Shown piece after piece: positions 1 to 9,360 of a DNA stretch of 27,478 nucleotides. The notes below the pieces were generated by a model that was given only the letters and a program-made list of their open reading frames with translations, ran no database searches and had not been told where the DNA came from. Location: positions 1-27,478 of IMG/VR virus record IMGVR_UViG_3300032227_000313; one strand, given 5' to 3'. A program made the position numbers and the translations under genes. This stretch comes from a virus. Lineage: Duplodnaviria; Caudoviricetes. The first letter of the stretch is position 1; each line of letters opens with the position of its first letter.

Positions 1-1067
1 CCAATCCCCACGTTGCCACTGGAGTCGATGTTGAAGCTATTAATAAATGATGTAGAAAAATTGTCTGTTGACCCCTGAATGTAAAAATATCCAAGGGTGC
101 TTCCGGTAGATGTTGTACCCATACGCCAGCCATAGCCTGTGGCCGTTTCTAAACGCATGTCGGCATTATTTCCATAAACACCGCTCGCAGTGCCGAACGC
201 AGCCGCTCCGGCAACTGTCAGCTTGTAGCCCGGCGAACTCGTCCCAATCCCCACGTTGCCGCTGGAGTCAATGCGCATTTGTTCGGCGTTGTTGGTGCCA
301 AAACGAAGCGCACCAGCTTCTGAGTTGAGGAGATAGAGGTTTCCCGCAGTTCCTGTGTGATACAAGTAACCGAAACGGGAAGAACCAGCAGCATTTACAA
401 AATTCAACAAAGGCGTTGCTGATTGAATTGCAACATCTCCAGAAACAGTGACATTAGACCATTGCGCCGCAGGGCTGCCGCCAAGAAGGGCATTTCCGGT
501 AACATGAAGTTTTTGAGCAGGCGAACTTGTTCCAATCCCCACGTTGGTGCCATCAAAAACAAAGTTGGCAGACCCGGCAAGAGAACCGGAGCTATTGTAC
601 TGCACCTGAGTGTTAGAGCCGCCAATTGCAGGAGTTGCGCCCGTTGGGCCTGTGGGGCCAGCCACGCTGGAAGCCGCCCCCGTAGGGCCTGTAGGCCCAG
701 CAACAGAAGAGGCGGCTCCCGTGGGGCCAGTAGGGCCAGCAACAGAAGACGCCGCCCCCGTAGGCCCGGTAGGCCCAGCAACAGAAGAGGCGGCTCCCGT
801 GGGGCCAGTGGGACCAGTGGGGCCGGTTGTTCCGGTTGGGCCGGTGGGGCCACCAAAAGCCCCCGTAGGCCCCACTGATCCTGTAGGCCCCGTGGGTCCG
901 GGAAGCGTCGATATTGGGCCAGTGGGGCCAGTCGGGCCAACGCCCTTTAAATCTGCAACTTGCTGTGTCGTCGTGCGGCGCGAGACGCCCGCCTGAATGA
1001 TCTCAAGCTGCTCCGCACCACTCAATGAGATGGCGGCAGGCAAGTTGGGGATTTGCTGGTTTGCCAT
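1..1067 (-). CDS. Collagen-like (GPT-repeat) tail fibre/virion protein, 3'-truncated by the window edge; missing from the ORF track
   Basis: ATG at 1067 reads [50 protein letters not shown]..., then [13 protein letters not shown] repeats, then GSNTQVQYN and three NVGIG fibre repeats ([39 protein letters not shown]). The frame is open to position 1. The N-terminus is paralogous to 3083..5965. Confidence 0.88.
   Translation of the reverse strand, partial: MANQQIPNLPAAISLSGAEQLEIIQAGVSRRTTTQQVADLKGVGPTGPTGPISTLPGPTGPTGSVGPTGAFGGPTGPTGTTGPTGPTGPTGAASSVAGPTGPTGAASSVAGPTGPTGAASSVAGPTGPTGAASSVAGPTGPTGATPAIGGSNTQVQYNSSGSLAGSANFVFDGTNVGIGTSSPAQKLHVTGNALLGGSPAAQWSNVTVSGDVAIQSATPLLNFVNAAGSSRFGYLYHTGTAGNLYLLNSEAGALRFGTNNAEQMRIDSSGNVGIGTSSPGYKLTVAGAAAFGTASGVYGNNADMRLETATGYGWRMGTTSTGSTLGYFYIQGSTDNFSTSFINSFNIDSSGNVGI
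640..945 (-). repeat. Collagen-like GPT tract including four tandem 39-nt units encoding [13 protein letters not shown]
   Basis: Recurrent ggcccagcaacagaaga/gggccagcaacagaaga units with synonymous differences; boundaries approximate. Confidence 0.85.
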
Positions 1068-1120
1068 TTACGAAGCTCCGTCCATTTTTTCTAACACGTT
1101 GGAGGTTTTTCCTCAACTTG

Positions 1121-2332
1121 CTAGAACATGAAGAAGAAATTGCCGGTGCCAACCGGCGTATAAGTGACAACAATCAAACCTTGGTAGCCAGCTTTGCCGC
1201 CGCTCCCTGACGCAGTTCCAGAGGTGTTCATGCCGCCGCCGGGGCCGCCAGCCCCGTAACCAATAGATGCTGGAACTGTTTGACCAGCAGCAGTTGACCC
1301 GTTTCCGCCGCCACTCCCCGTAAGGCCAAGAATGTCGATGCCAAACGACCCGAGGCCACCAAGGGTGCTGCCGCCGCCGCCGCCACCACCATTGAATCCA
1401 GCGCCACCGGGCACAGTTCCACCGCCGACGCTGGATGCGTTATTTCCGCCCGGACCCCTTGCCGCAACAAGCCCATTGGTGCCCGCAGAACCACCGCCAT
1501 TGCCGCCGCCACCACCAGCATAGGTGCCAGATGTATTATTGGAAGACCCGCCTGAACCGCCATTTCCAAGAGGGCCAGCCGCGCCGCCACCCGTCCCGCC
1601 ATATTGCCCTGTTGTAGAAGAGGTGATGCTGCCGGTGGCGCCGCCGTTGCCCCCGGTAAATGTCGCGCCGATGCCGCCAGCGCCGCCCGTTGTGCCTGTT
1701 GTCCCAATAGGTGCGCTGCCCCCAGCCGCCGAATATGCGCCCGAGTTAAACGTCGTTGCAGTTCCGGCTGCCGCAGTCGCGCCTGTCGCGCCTCCTTGCC
1801 CAACCGCATAGGAAATAGATGCGCCGGGGGTCAGGGCTAGGTTTGTAACTGCGGTGTAGCCGCCGCCGCCGCCGCCGGGGCCGCCATTGCGAGTACCGTT
1901 CCCGCCGGGGTTAGAGGTGTAACCATTTCGACCACCACCACCGCCGCCAATCAAATGGATCAAATTGTTGGAAGAGTTCCAATCAGATGGGACGGTAAAG
2001 CTCGTTCCACTATTAATAAAAATTGCTTTTTTATTTAAAAGCACAATGTAAAATCTAACCCCTGTGCTGCCAGTTGAAGACCAACTAATGGCACCCGTTG
2101 AGGTGACAGATATTGTGCCGTAAATGGTAAGGAGTGGAGATGTAGTTCCTGCAAATGTAACAGAAGCAGAAACCGTAAAATTTTTGCAATAAATATCTCC
2201 ATCGAGTGTGATGGTGCCTGTAGAAGAAATTACCACATCATCTGCGGCAGTTGGAACCTGTGCAGGAGACCAGCCAGTCGTGCTGCTGGTGTTCCAAGTC
2301 CCTGTGCCGCCAATCCAAGTTATGGTTGCCAC
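1121..2332 (-). CDS. Glycine-rich tail/fibre-associated virion protein
   Basis: GTG start with GGGG upstream. N-terminal WIGGTGTWN...VPTAADDV module, then a glycine-rich domain (FTVP...LIGGGGGG...GGGGGGY...YAVGQGG...GLIVVTY) typical of phage fibre proteins; ends GNFFFMF. Confidence 0.8.
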   Translation of the reverse strand: MATITWIGGTGTWNTSSTTGWSPAQVPTAADDVVISSTGTITLDGDIYCKNFTVSASVTFAGTTSPLLTIYGTISVTSTGAISWSSTGSTGVRFYIVLLNKKAIFINSGTSFTVPSDWNSSNNLIHLIGGGGGGRNGYTSNPGGNGTRNGGPGGGGGGYTAVTNLALTPGASISYAVGQGGATGATAAAGTATTFNSGAYSAAGGSAPIGTTGTTGGAGGIGATFTGGNGGATGSITSSTTGQYGGTGGGAAGPLGNGGSGGSSNNTSGTYAGGGGGNGGGSAGTNGLVAARGPGGNNASSVGGGTVPGGAGFNGGGGGGGSTLGGLGSFGIDILGLTGSGGGNGSTAAGQTVPASIGYGAGGPGGGMNTSGTASGSGGKAGYQGLIVVTYTPVGTGNFFFMF

Positions 2333-2344
2333 AAGATCCCCCTA

Positions 2345-2722
2345 TTAGGCCGTTGCAACACAGCGCCACTTAGAAGTGGCAACGTTCCAAACAAATCCTA
2401 CATCAAGACGGTTGGTGCTTGTTGTAGTTGTCGGAAGGGTAACTGTAGATGACTCGAACGAAGCGCCCCAAGTCGTTATCGCAACAGATGCCGTCCCGGT
2501 AATAGAGATCCACAGCTTCTGGCCGTTAACCGGGGTGCCCGTCAAGTTCGTCGTAAACGAAGTGATGGTGGCGCTCTGGTTCGTGATGACCAGCATGTCA
2601 TAGTTGTCGGTGTTCAGTGTCGGGGTCGCGCTGTTAGCTGTTGTCGCTAAAACACGGGGCAGCAAGCCGCCGCCAGCGTTTACATTCTCAGCCAAAATAG
2701 AAAGGTTGCGCGCGATTGTCAT
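2345..2722 (-). CDS. Putative tail fibre subunit (Thr-rich beta protein)
   Basis: 125 aa, tightly packed in the fibre cluster; ends ...DVGFVWNVATSKWRCVATA like phage fibre modules. Confidence 0.65.
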   Translation of the reverse strand: MTIARNLSILAENVNAGGGLLPRVLATTANSATPTLNTDNYDMLVITNQSATITSFTTNLTGTPVNGQKLWISITGTASVAITTWGASFESSTVTLPTTTTSTNRLDVGFVWNVATSKWRCVATA

Positions 2723-2723
2723 G

Positions 2724-3086
2724 TCACATCACCGCCCAGTTCTGTTCCGATTCATTCCATACATATGCCGCATCGTCTGTTGGATAGGGCGTTGGAGCTT
2801 CCCAAAGCCATGTGTCTGTATTCAATGACCATGACGGATAAGGCTGCGGCGCATAGAAAACATCGTTTTGGTAATCATAGGTATAGCCAATCCCGGCGTA
2901 GTTTCCACGCAAGGCCGCACCGCCATCGGGCTGCCCGTCTTCGCCATAATGGACGCCACCGCGCGTATTATAGCTAGTCTGAATCCATTGGCCGGGCGAG
3001 CTATCAATGAACGTAGTAAAGAACTCAGGTTCAGCAACGATGACATTGATGACTTTGCCATCGCAGATTTTTGCAAAATGGCTCAT
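2724..3086 (-). CDS. Conserved phage protein, probable fibre assembly/accessory protein
   Basis: MSHFAK...WIQTSYNT...[13 protein letters not shown]...F.APQPYPSW pattern, commonly found right after Gly-rich fibre genes; ATGA overlap with the upstream gene. Confidence 0.75.
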   Translation of the reverse strand: MSHFAKICDGKVINVIVAEPEFFTTFIDSSPGQWIQTSYNTRGGVHYGEDGQPDGGAALRGNYAGIGYTYDYQNDVFYAPQPYPSWSLNTDTWLWEAPTPYPTDDAAYVWNESEQNWAVM

Positions 3087-5965
3087 GCAGTATAGCTCCC
3101 CGATGCGGTGAACTTGATGATGGTAAATGACCCCGATGTGGTTACAGTGGGCGAGCCGGTGACGGTGCCCGTGTAAACTGCGGTTGGGACTGAAAGGATG
3201 ACAACGCCAGAGCCGCCCGCGCCGCCTGTGTAGTTATTTCCGGTGCCGCCGCCGCCGCCACCCGTGTTTACAGTCCCGGCAGTGCCGTTGGCTGTGTTTG
3301 AAGAGCCCGCGCCGCCACCACCTGATCCGCCAGCGCCAGCGGTTCCGCCAGTGGCATATACCCCACCACCGCCGCCGCCAGCGTAATCAAGCGCAGACCC
3401 AGTGATTGAAGAAGACAGACCTATGCCGCCAGCGCCAGCCACCGTAGTACTTGTAGCGGTGCCACCAACCGCGCCAGCGCCGCCGCCGCCGCCAGCAGGC
3501 TGAGATCCTGCAAAAGAACCGTTGCCGCCACCAGCAAACCCTTGGCCGGATGTCCCTGCGCCGCCCGTCCTTGATATACCGCCACCGGCACCACCCCCGC
3601 CGCCAGAACCGCCCGCGACACCGTTTGCGCCGCCGCCACCGCCGCCGCCGCCAACGGCAGCAGTTAACGTAGTGATGGAAGATGTCCCCCCACTGGTTCC
3701 AGTGGTGCCACTCCCTGCGCCGCCGGGGCCGCCACCACCAACAACGACAGTGTAGGTTGTTCCAGTGTTTAGACCAATGGTTCCAGCCAAAAGGCCGCCA
3801 GCGCCCCCGCCGCCTTGGGAAGCCCCGCCGCCGCCAGCGACGATAAGATAGGTGGATATTTGAGAGATAGAAGACTGGTTGAAAGACCAGTATCCAAGCC
3901 AGCCTTGCGTTGAATCAACGTAGATAAGAGAAACGCTGGCCCGGCTTGTGGACAGATAAGCATTTGCAGCAATGCCGTTAACTTTGCCGCCATTTGGATT
4001 AATGGTGCAGTAATTGGTGCCGAAAGTCCCTGCATAATCCGTAATTTGGACAATGTTGCCCGCAGATGGGCTTGCAGGAAGCGTGACCGTTATTGCACCA
4101 GATGTGGTGTTAACAGGGTAGCCATTCCCAGCCACGGCAGTGAAGCTGGCTGTCTGCACAGCTTGGAAAATTGTATAGGCGGGGCCAGTCGGGCCGGTTG
4201 CGCCAGCAGTGCCGGTCGGACCTACCGGACCTTGCCCAAACGTATTGACGTTGATGGCAACAACTTCAACGATGTCGTTCAACCCAGCAGCCGTCGCTAG
4301 AACAATAGAAGTTCCGTTCGTCGCGGTATAGTCTGATCCATTAAGGAAGACACCATTCAGATAGACCTGAACGTAGCCAACGGTATAGGAGACCGTGAAG
4401 GTTGTTTGGCCCGCCGTGGCGGTGAAGCTGGTGCGGGTGTAGGACGCTACAGCGGCATTGCCGGTCGGGCCGGTTGGGCCTGCAACCGAAGAAGCCGCAC
4501 CAGTGGGGCCAGTAGGCCCGGCCACCGTAGATGCGGCCCCCGTAGGCCCGGTCGGCCCCGCAGGGCCAGTAGGCCCGCTGACGCCATTCACCAGCGCAAG
4601 GAACAGCGCCGCCCCATTAGCAAAGCCCGTAGTCCCCACCCCGCCAGAAGCGTTAAATGTGACCGGGAATGTCCAATATGAGTTGGCAGCGCCGGGGTTC
4701 ACATTGGTGGGAGTGCCGGAAATTGTCCACGTCTGGTAGTCCGCGCTGGCAGTCTGGCTCTGGATGATGATTTGCTCACCCACAGAAAGCAGAGCCAGAA
4801 AGATGTCGATGTCCGTCCCATCATCAGTCAAATGGCTAATGTTCAGTTGCGTGGCGCTGGTCTGAGTGGCGTTGTTCCAAAGAATATCGCCGTCGCCGGG
4901 GTAGCCAGAAGTTGCGCCAGTATTCGCCATGTAGAGGAACAGGCTGGACGAAGTACCCTTCGCGCCAGTCGGGCCAGTAGGCCCCGCAACGGTGGACGCC
5001 GCGCCAGTAGGCCCAGTCGGGCCAGTAGGCCCGGCAACTGTAGAAACAGCGCCCGTGGGGCCAGTTGGCCCATCAATTCCTGCGGCTCCCGTAGGCCCGG
5101 TGGGGCCTGCAACCGTAGAAGCTGCGCCTGTGGGACCAGTCGGGCCAACGCCGCCGCCGGGGCCGGTTGGGCCGGGTACGGTTGAGTTTGCGCCGGTTGC
5201 GCCTGTTGGGCCAGTTGGGCCAACAACTGTGGAATCAGCGCCAGTAGGCCCAGTTGGCCCAGTCGGGCCGTCCAACCCGATATAACCCGGACTGCCCGTA
5301 GGCCCGGTCGGGCCAGCGACAGTGGATGCAGCGCCGGTCGGGCCTGTGGGGCCAGTTGGGCCAGCAACAGTAGATGCTGACCCCGTCGGACCCGTAGGCC
5401 CGGCAACTGTAGAAGTCGGGCCTGTAGGCCCCGTGGGTCCGGCGCCTGTCGCCCCGGTTGCGCCCGTGGGGCCGGTGATGGCCAACCCCGTGGGGCCAGT
5501 TGGCCCGGGGACGGAAGAAGGCGACCCGGATGCGCCCGTAGGCCCAGTGGGGCCTCTATCCCCACCCGGGCCTGTGGGGCCGGGGACGGAAGAGTCTTGA
5601 CCCGTGGGGCCTGTGGGGCCGGTCGCGCCGGTGATGGATAACCCTGTGGGGCCAGTGGGGCCGGGCGTAGTTGATTGGGCGCCGGTGGGGCCGGTGGGGC
5701 CTTTTTCGCCGCTGGCGCCGGTGGGACCGGGCACAGAGGACGCAGCGCCCGAGGGGCCGGTGCTACCCGTGGGGCCAGTAGGCCCGGGGACTGTTGAAGG
5801 CGCACCAGTTGGCCCGGTCGGCCCAACGCCTTTCAAGTCAGCAATTTGCTGCGTCGTTGCGCGCTTTGATTCGCCACCCTGAACAAGCTCAACCTGTTCG
5901 GTGCCGTTCAATGAAATGACGGCGCCAAGATTGGGGATCTGGATGTTACTAGAGTAACGGGGCAT
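3083..5965 (-). CDS. Collagen-like (GPT-repeat), glycine-rich tail fibre/virion protein, 960 aa
   Basis: Long Gly-Pro-Thr tract with AASTVA spacers; ATAGQTTFT...VQVYLNGV...[12 protein letters not shown] module; [22 protein letters not shown] module; C-terminal Gly-rich domain ending [10 protein letters not shown]. Confidence 0.88.
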   Translation of the reverse strand: MPRYSSNIQIPNLGAVISLNGTEQVELVQGGESKRATTQQIADLKGVGPTGPTGAPSTVPGPTGPTGSTGPSGAASSVPGPTGASGEKGPTGPTGAQSTTPGPTGPTGLSITGATGPTGPTGQDSSVPGPTGPGGDRGPTGPTGASGSPSSVPGPTGPTGLAITGPTGATGATGAGPTGPTGPTSTVAGPTGPTGSASTVAGPTGPTGPTGAASTVAGPTGPTGSPGYIGLDGPTGPTGPTGADSTVVGPTGPTGATGANSTVPGPTGPGGGVGPTGPTGAASTVAGPTGPTGAAGIDGPTGPTGAVSTVAGPTGPTGPTGAASTVAGPTGPTGAKGTSSSLFLYMANTGATSGYPGDGDILWNNATQTSATQLNISHLTDDGTDIDIFLALLSVGEQIIIQSQTASADYQTWTISGTPTNVNPGAANSYWTFPVTFNASGGVGTTGFANGAALFLALVNGVSGPTGPAGPTGPTGAASTVAGPTGPTGAASSVAGPTGPTGNAAVASYTRTSFTATAGQTTFTVSYTVGYVQVYLNGVFLNGSDYTATNGTSIVLATAAGLNDIVEVVAINVNTFGQGPVGPTGTAGATGPTGPAYTIFQAVQTASFTAVAGNGYPVNTTSGAITVTLPASPSAGNIVQITDYAGTFGTNYCTINPNGGKVNGIAANAYLSTSRASVSLIYVDSTQGWLGYWSFNQSSISQISTYLIVAGGGGASQGGGGAGGLLAGTIGLNTGTTYTVVVGGGGPGGAGSGTTGTSGGTSSITTLTAAVGGGGGGGGANGVAGGSGGGGGAGGGISRTGGAGTSGQGFAGGGNGSFAGSQPAGGGGGAGAVGGTATSTTVAGAGGIGLSSSITGSALDYAGGGGGGVYATGGTAGAGGSGGGGAGSSNTANGTAGTVNTGGGGGGTGNNYTGGAGGSGVVILSVPTAVYTGTVTGSPTVTTSGSFTIIKFTASGSYTA
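4961..5826 (-). repeat. Main collagen-like GPT tandem-repeat tract of the 960-aa fibre (shorter tracts near 4455-4580 and 4180-4235)
   Basis: Dense ggccc/gggcc triplet periodicity translating to GPTGPTG(A/S)xSxV(A/P) units. Confidence 0.85.
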
Positions 5966-6699
5966 CAGAGCGTCCCAGTCCGTGGAATTTGTTCGAACCC
6001 GTAGGGCAGGCTGGGATCATTTATAACATACCCGCCGCCCGTGTACGAACCCGCAAATGTTGAACCTTGCAAATCAAATTGGGTCTGGTTGATGACAGTG
6101 ATTGCCCAACGGCCATTGGCATTGGTCACGCCGCCAACTTCCTGAATAATGACGCGCTGCCCGGTGATGAAGCCGGAGGTGACGCTCACAGTGATGCGGA
6201 TGAAGCCAATGCCGTTGTTGGTGACGGAAACAATGTTGCGATACGTTACGGCATTTGGGTCAGTGCCCGGCAACTCGTTCTTGCCATATGGCGCCTCGCC
6301 AGTCTGCTGCGTGACGCGGATACCGTCCTGCACGTCATCGTCAATAGTTGTCGCGCGCGTAGGACCAGCCTGCACGGGGATACCTGTTGAGGGGCTGGTC
6401 GTATTGTAGCCAGACACCTGACGGCGATCAATCTCGTCCCAAGCGTAGGGCTCGACGCGGGGGTTTATGATCGGCACGGGGTCAGCCGGGATGATGATGG
6501 CGCGAAGCTGCTGCTGTGGCTCGTCGTAGCAAGTATTGCAGACAAGCATGCGCTTATTGATCAGGGACGCGCCAGCCCAGTCCATTTGCCAACGAAGTTG
6601 GTCGTGGTTGTACCAAAAGGCGCATCGGTCGCAGACGGCAAAAGCGCGCGGATTTGTGGCGCTAGTAGTTGCCCGGCCCGACTTGGATGCGTAGCCCAT
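5965..6699 (-). CDS. Conserved phage virion-module protein with CxxC...CxxC N-terminus and a C-terminal E1-FCCH-like beta domain
   Basis: AFAVCDRC...[15 protein letters not shown]...DPVPIINPR; C-terminal [24 protein letters not shown]...[15 protein letters not shown]. Confidence 0.7.
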   Translation of the reverse strand: MGYASKSGRATTSATNPRAFAVCDRCAFWYNHDQLRWQMDWAGASLINKRMLVCNTCYDEPQQQLRAIIIPADPVPIINPRVEPYAWDEIDRRQVSGYNTTSPSTGIPVQAGPTRATTIDDDVQDGIRVTQQTGEAPYGKNELPGTDPNAVTYRNIVSVTNNGIGFIRITVSVTSGFITGQRVIIQEVGGVTNANGRWAITVINQTQFDLQGSTFAGSYTGGGYVINDPSLPYGFEQIPRTGTL

Positions 6700-6709
6700 T
6701 CATTTCCCC

Positions 6710-7429
6710 TTACCTGAAGTAGCCGGAAATCATGGGCGAGATGTATTGCTGCGCGGTCTCTATGTTTTGTTCGGCTGCAATTTGATAGGACTCGTCAGCC
6801 ATTGGCTTGATCATTGCGACCGCAGCAGGGTTCCAAATTTGCGCGAGGCGTTGGGCCAAGGCGTAGGCGAAAGCCTCCAGCCACAGGTAGGGGATCTCAA
6901 CCGTTTGGCCGTTCTGGAGCGCGGAGTCCTGAATCTGACGGACGCGGTAGTATTTCAACGTCGAGGGGCCGTTATCCACGTTGGGGACAGGCCATAGCGT
7001 TACAGACGGCCCGGCAGAGCCGGTCGAGCGGGACGAGCTAATCAGGCGATCAAACCAGTAGACGGTCGGGAAACCTTGCTGCTCCTTGTTGGGGTAGCTG
7101 GCATATTCCGTTCGGCTGACTGGGAGAATTATTCTGTCGATGTTTTCGCCGGTCTGGTCGTTCACCACATAGGCGTCAAGGATGGCGACGGTGTTGGCTT
7201 CGACGGCATAAGTGGTGACGCCGGTGACAAGGGGCGTCTCAACGAGGTCAACGGCCCAAAGGTTGACGCCTTGGTTTGACCATCGAGACAAGAGCATGTT
7301 GGACGCCATGCGGGCGGCCTCCATATGCTCCTGAAGCAATGCAGTCCCACGGACGCCAATTAAGTTATAGGCGTAAATTGTGAGCTCACCCATTGATGGA
7401 TTAAAATTATAAGTCGCAGATGTTGTCAT
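6710..7429 (-). CDS. Putative head-tail adaptor/connector protein
   Basis: ARMASNMLLSRWSNQGVNLW, SRTEYASYPNKEQQGFPT.YWFDR, LWPVP and EIPYLWLEAFAYALAQRLA are typical of adaptor proteins downstream of capsid genes. Confidence 0.65.
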   Translation of the reverse strand: MTTSATYNFNPSMGELTIYAYNLIGVRGTALLQEHMEAARMASNMLLSRWSNQGVNLWAVDLVETPLVTGVTTYAVEANTVAILDAYVVNDQTGENIDRIILPVSRTEYASYPNKEQQGFPTVYWFDRLISSSRSTGSAGPSVTLWPVPNVDNGPSTLKYYRVRQIQDSALQNGQTVEIPYLWLEAFAYALAQRLAQIWNPAAVAMIKPMADESYQIAAEQNIETAQQYISPMISGYFR

Positions 7430-8085
7430 GATTGCTGCTCCATCCGACGCTTAGCCCAGCGCAATTTAGCAGCTTCTGACTGTTTGGCACAGAAGTCAGG
7501 AGATTTTTTTACACCCTTCAACGGGCTTACTTTCCCCTTGTTTGGAGAAACACGTCCTTGCGCCTTAGCGGAAATTTTAGCGCATGTTTCTGGGCTTCTT
7601 TTACGCCCACGATGCCATGCAGCAGCTTTCTCTTGCTGTTCTTTTGTAAGTTTTGGAGCGCCGCGCTTCTTGGCTATCTCAGAAAGCATATTTTTTGTTT
7701 TGTCGGTATGTTTTTTGCCTTTGAATGTCGCGGGCATGCCTTTGTTCATAACTGACAATTTTTGACGAGTTTCAACAGAATGTTTAAATCCAGAAATTCC
7801 TTCTCCGCCATTGGTTAAGTTTGTGAGATCGCATCCCGCATTACGCCAAAATGCAATTTGTTCACATTCAAGCACAAATGCTTCCTGTTCAGAAAGACCC
7901 GATGCAACTATTTTAATTTCAACCGCCGAGCCGATGCGGTTTAACTTGGCGCAAATGGCTCGGTGATGCTTGTTCCGGTCTTTCATAGAATAAGCGCGAC
8001 CACCCTTACCTTTTCCCACGTAAAAGCATTCATCGCGGTCAAGCCGCCAATGCTCATACACGTAAAAGGTGTCGCTCGTGGCCAT
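7426..8085 (-). mobile_element. Free-standing GIY-YIG homing endonuclease with NUMOD3 repeats
   Basis: FYVYEH...FYVGKG...R...EAFVLE...LTNLTNGGEG catalytic region; GFKHSVETRQKLS, GKKHTDKTKNMLS and GRKRSPETCAKIS NUMOD3-like repeats; more AT-rich than its flanks. Confidence 0.88.
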
Positions 8086-8094
8086 CTAGGTTCC

Positions 8095-8883
8095 TTAGAA
8101 CTGCGCACTCACGTCATTGCTGATCAGGACGCCGCCAATATTAACACTGACAACGGCAGCAGTTGCCGCGCTGGAAGCAATTTGCCACCGCAAATCGGTT
8201 TTTTCCGCATATGGAAGAGCAAAGTTCCGATGCACTTCATAGTGAGTATTGAAAGGGGTTTGCACGATGATTTTTTGAACACCAGACGAAGAATTGGTGA
8301 TGGCACGATAGGTTGTGTAGTTGGCGCTGTTGCCGTTGAAAGATGAATATGCGCCATAACGATACCCGTAGAATGTGTACCCAGCGGGGACGGTGAACAC
8401 CGCCATCTGAGTTTGCCCAACGCTTGACGTTGTGGCGTTATACACAGCCGTGTTGATCTGCGCATAAATGACGCCACCATTAGAAAGCGTAATGACGCCA
8501 ACAGGATTGGTTGCGCTTCCAGCAGAAACAACCATGCTGTTAATGCGAAAATATTGCTTCGTTGTTGGAACGTTCGTCGTGCCGTTCAAAGCAAGCGTCT
8601 CAGATATGATGAGGTAGTTTGCATCAAGGCCCGTAATCGTGATTGAGGCAGTGTCACCCGCCGAAGCACTCACAAGCTGCATAGTCAAGGCAGAACCGGG
8701 GAATACATATTCAGTGCTTGACATGTTTTCCCAAACAGTGCGGAACAATCCAGCCGTGGCAGGAGTGGTGCCATAGGCAAAAACATTCTGTTCGCTGTGG
8801 CCCAAAATCTGCGCACGCGCAACCTGAAGCTCAAAGGGCTCAAACAGGCCGGATTGGGTAATGGAATAGGCGGCTGTCGGCAT
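8095..8883 (-). CDS. Putative virion structural protein
   Basis: 262 aa, beta-rich (TVWE...YVFPGSA..M...ITITGLDANY...ETLALNGTT.V.T...YFRIN); GAGGAG RBS; structural operon context. Confidence 0.65.
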   Translation of the reverse strand: MPTAAYSITQSGLFEPFELQVARAQILGHSEQNVFAYGTTPATAGLFRTVWENMSSTEYVFPGSALTMQLVSASAGDTASITITGLDANYLIISETLALNGTTNVPTTKQYFRINSMVVSAGSATNPVGVITLSNGGVIYAQINTAVYNATTSSVGQTQMAVFTVPAGYTFYGYRYGAYSSFNGNSANYTTYRAITNSSSGVQKIIVQTPFNTHYEVHRNFALPYAEKTDLRWQIASSAATAAVVSVNIGGVLISNDVSAQF

Positions 8884-8885
8884 CT

Positions 8886-9053
8886 TTAGCTCCTCTTGCC
8901 AGCGCGGGCGGCGGCGGCATTGTCGATGAGATTAGGATAGGGCCTGCCCGCAGCCCGCGCACTGGCCTTGGCAGACTGAAGCTTCTTTTTGCTCAGGTGC
9001 TTTTCCTTGGCGTCTTTGGGGGCGTCTTTTTCCCAGAAAGGCTTCTCGGCCAT
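8886..9053 (-). CDS. Small basic phage protein (55 aa); missing from the ORF track
   Basis: MAEKPFWEKDAPKDAKEKHLSKKKLQSAKASARAAGRPYPNLIDNAAAARAGKRS fills the gap between its neighbours almost exactly. Confidence 0.78.
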   Translation of the reverse strand: MAEKPFWEKDAPKDAKEKHLSKKKLQSAKASARAAGRPYPNLIDNAAAARAGKRS

Positions 9054-9054
9054 G

Positions 9055-9294
9055 TCAGCAATCCCACTTCCGCAGTGATTTGTTGATGCGACTGTCGGGG
9101 TCAGCAGCCTTTGCAGACCCGGTCAGCTTGCGTTTCATCCCGGTCATCCTAGCGCAAAAACTGTCTTTGCGCGAGCCGCCTTCGGGCTGGGGCCGCTTGA
9201 TGTCGTGGCCTTCTGCCTTCAAAGACGCGCGCCCCTTGGCGTTCAAGCCACCCTCGGGGTTCTTGCCTTCCTTGCGTGTCCATGCACCAGACAT
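9055..9294 (-). CDS. Small basic phage protein, DUF6321-like
   Basis: MSGAWTRKEGKNPEGGLNAKGRAS...RKDSFCARM.GMK.KLT...DPDSRINKSLRKWDC; GGAG RBS favours the start at 9294. Family name from memory. Confidence 0.7.
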   Translation of the reverse strand: MSGAWTRKEGKNPEGGLNAKGRASLKAEGHDIKRPQPEGGSRKDSFCARMTGMKRKLTGSAKAADPDSRINKSLRKWDC

Positions 9295-9312
9295 TGCGCT
9301 CTCCATGCAAAT

Positions 9313-9334
9313 GCGGGGGCACAAAGGCCCCCGC
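9313..9334 (-). terminator. GC-rich intergenic hairpin (weak terminator or processing site)
   Basis: GCGGGGGC-CTTTGT-GCCCCCGC on the minus strand, followed only by ATTTG. Confidence 0.4.
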
Positions 9335-9360
9335 GTGCGCTACTAAGTCGGGAGGAGACC

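Noticed and set aside
1-546. Repeated ccaatccccacgttg segments (about 1, 245, 532) as a DGR template/variable pair
   Set aside because: Short, in-frame NVGIG fibre repeats; no adenine-specific mismatch pattern and no reverse transcriptase in the window.
640-810. 39-nt tandem repeats as a CRISPR array
   Set aside because: No unique spacers; units are in-frame coding repeats with synonymous variation; no cas genes.
404-5882. Alternative-frame ORFs over the fibre genes (GPVGPV, poly-Pro, LAP/RA repeats)
   Set aside because: Frame and strand echoes of the GPT and Gly-rich coding repeats.
6020-6245. E1-FCCH-like domain plus GG motifs as a ubiquitin-like conjugation system
   Set aside because: No E1 adenylation domain, E2, JAB peptidase or beta-grasp protein seen; this small beta domain is common in phage structural proteins.
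7426-8095. Group I intron around the GIY-YIG gene
   Set aside because: No non-coding space for a ribozyme core; the ORF abuts or overlaps both neighbours.
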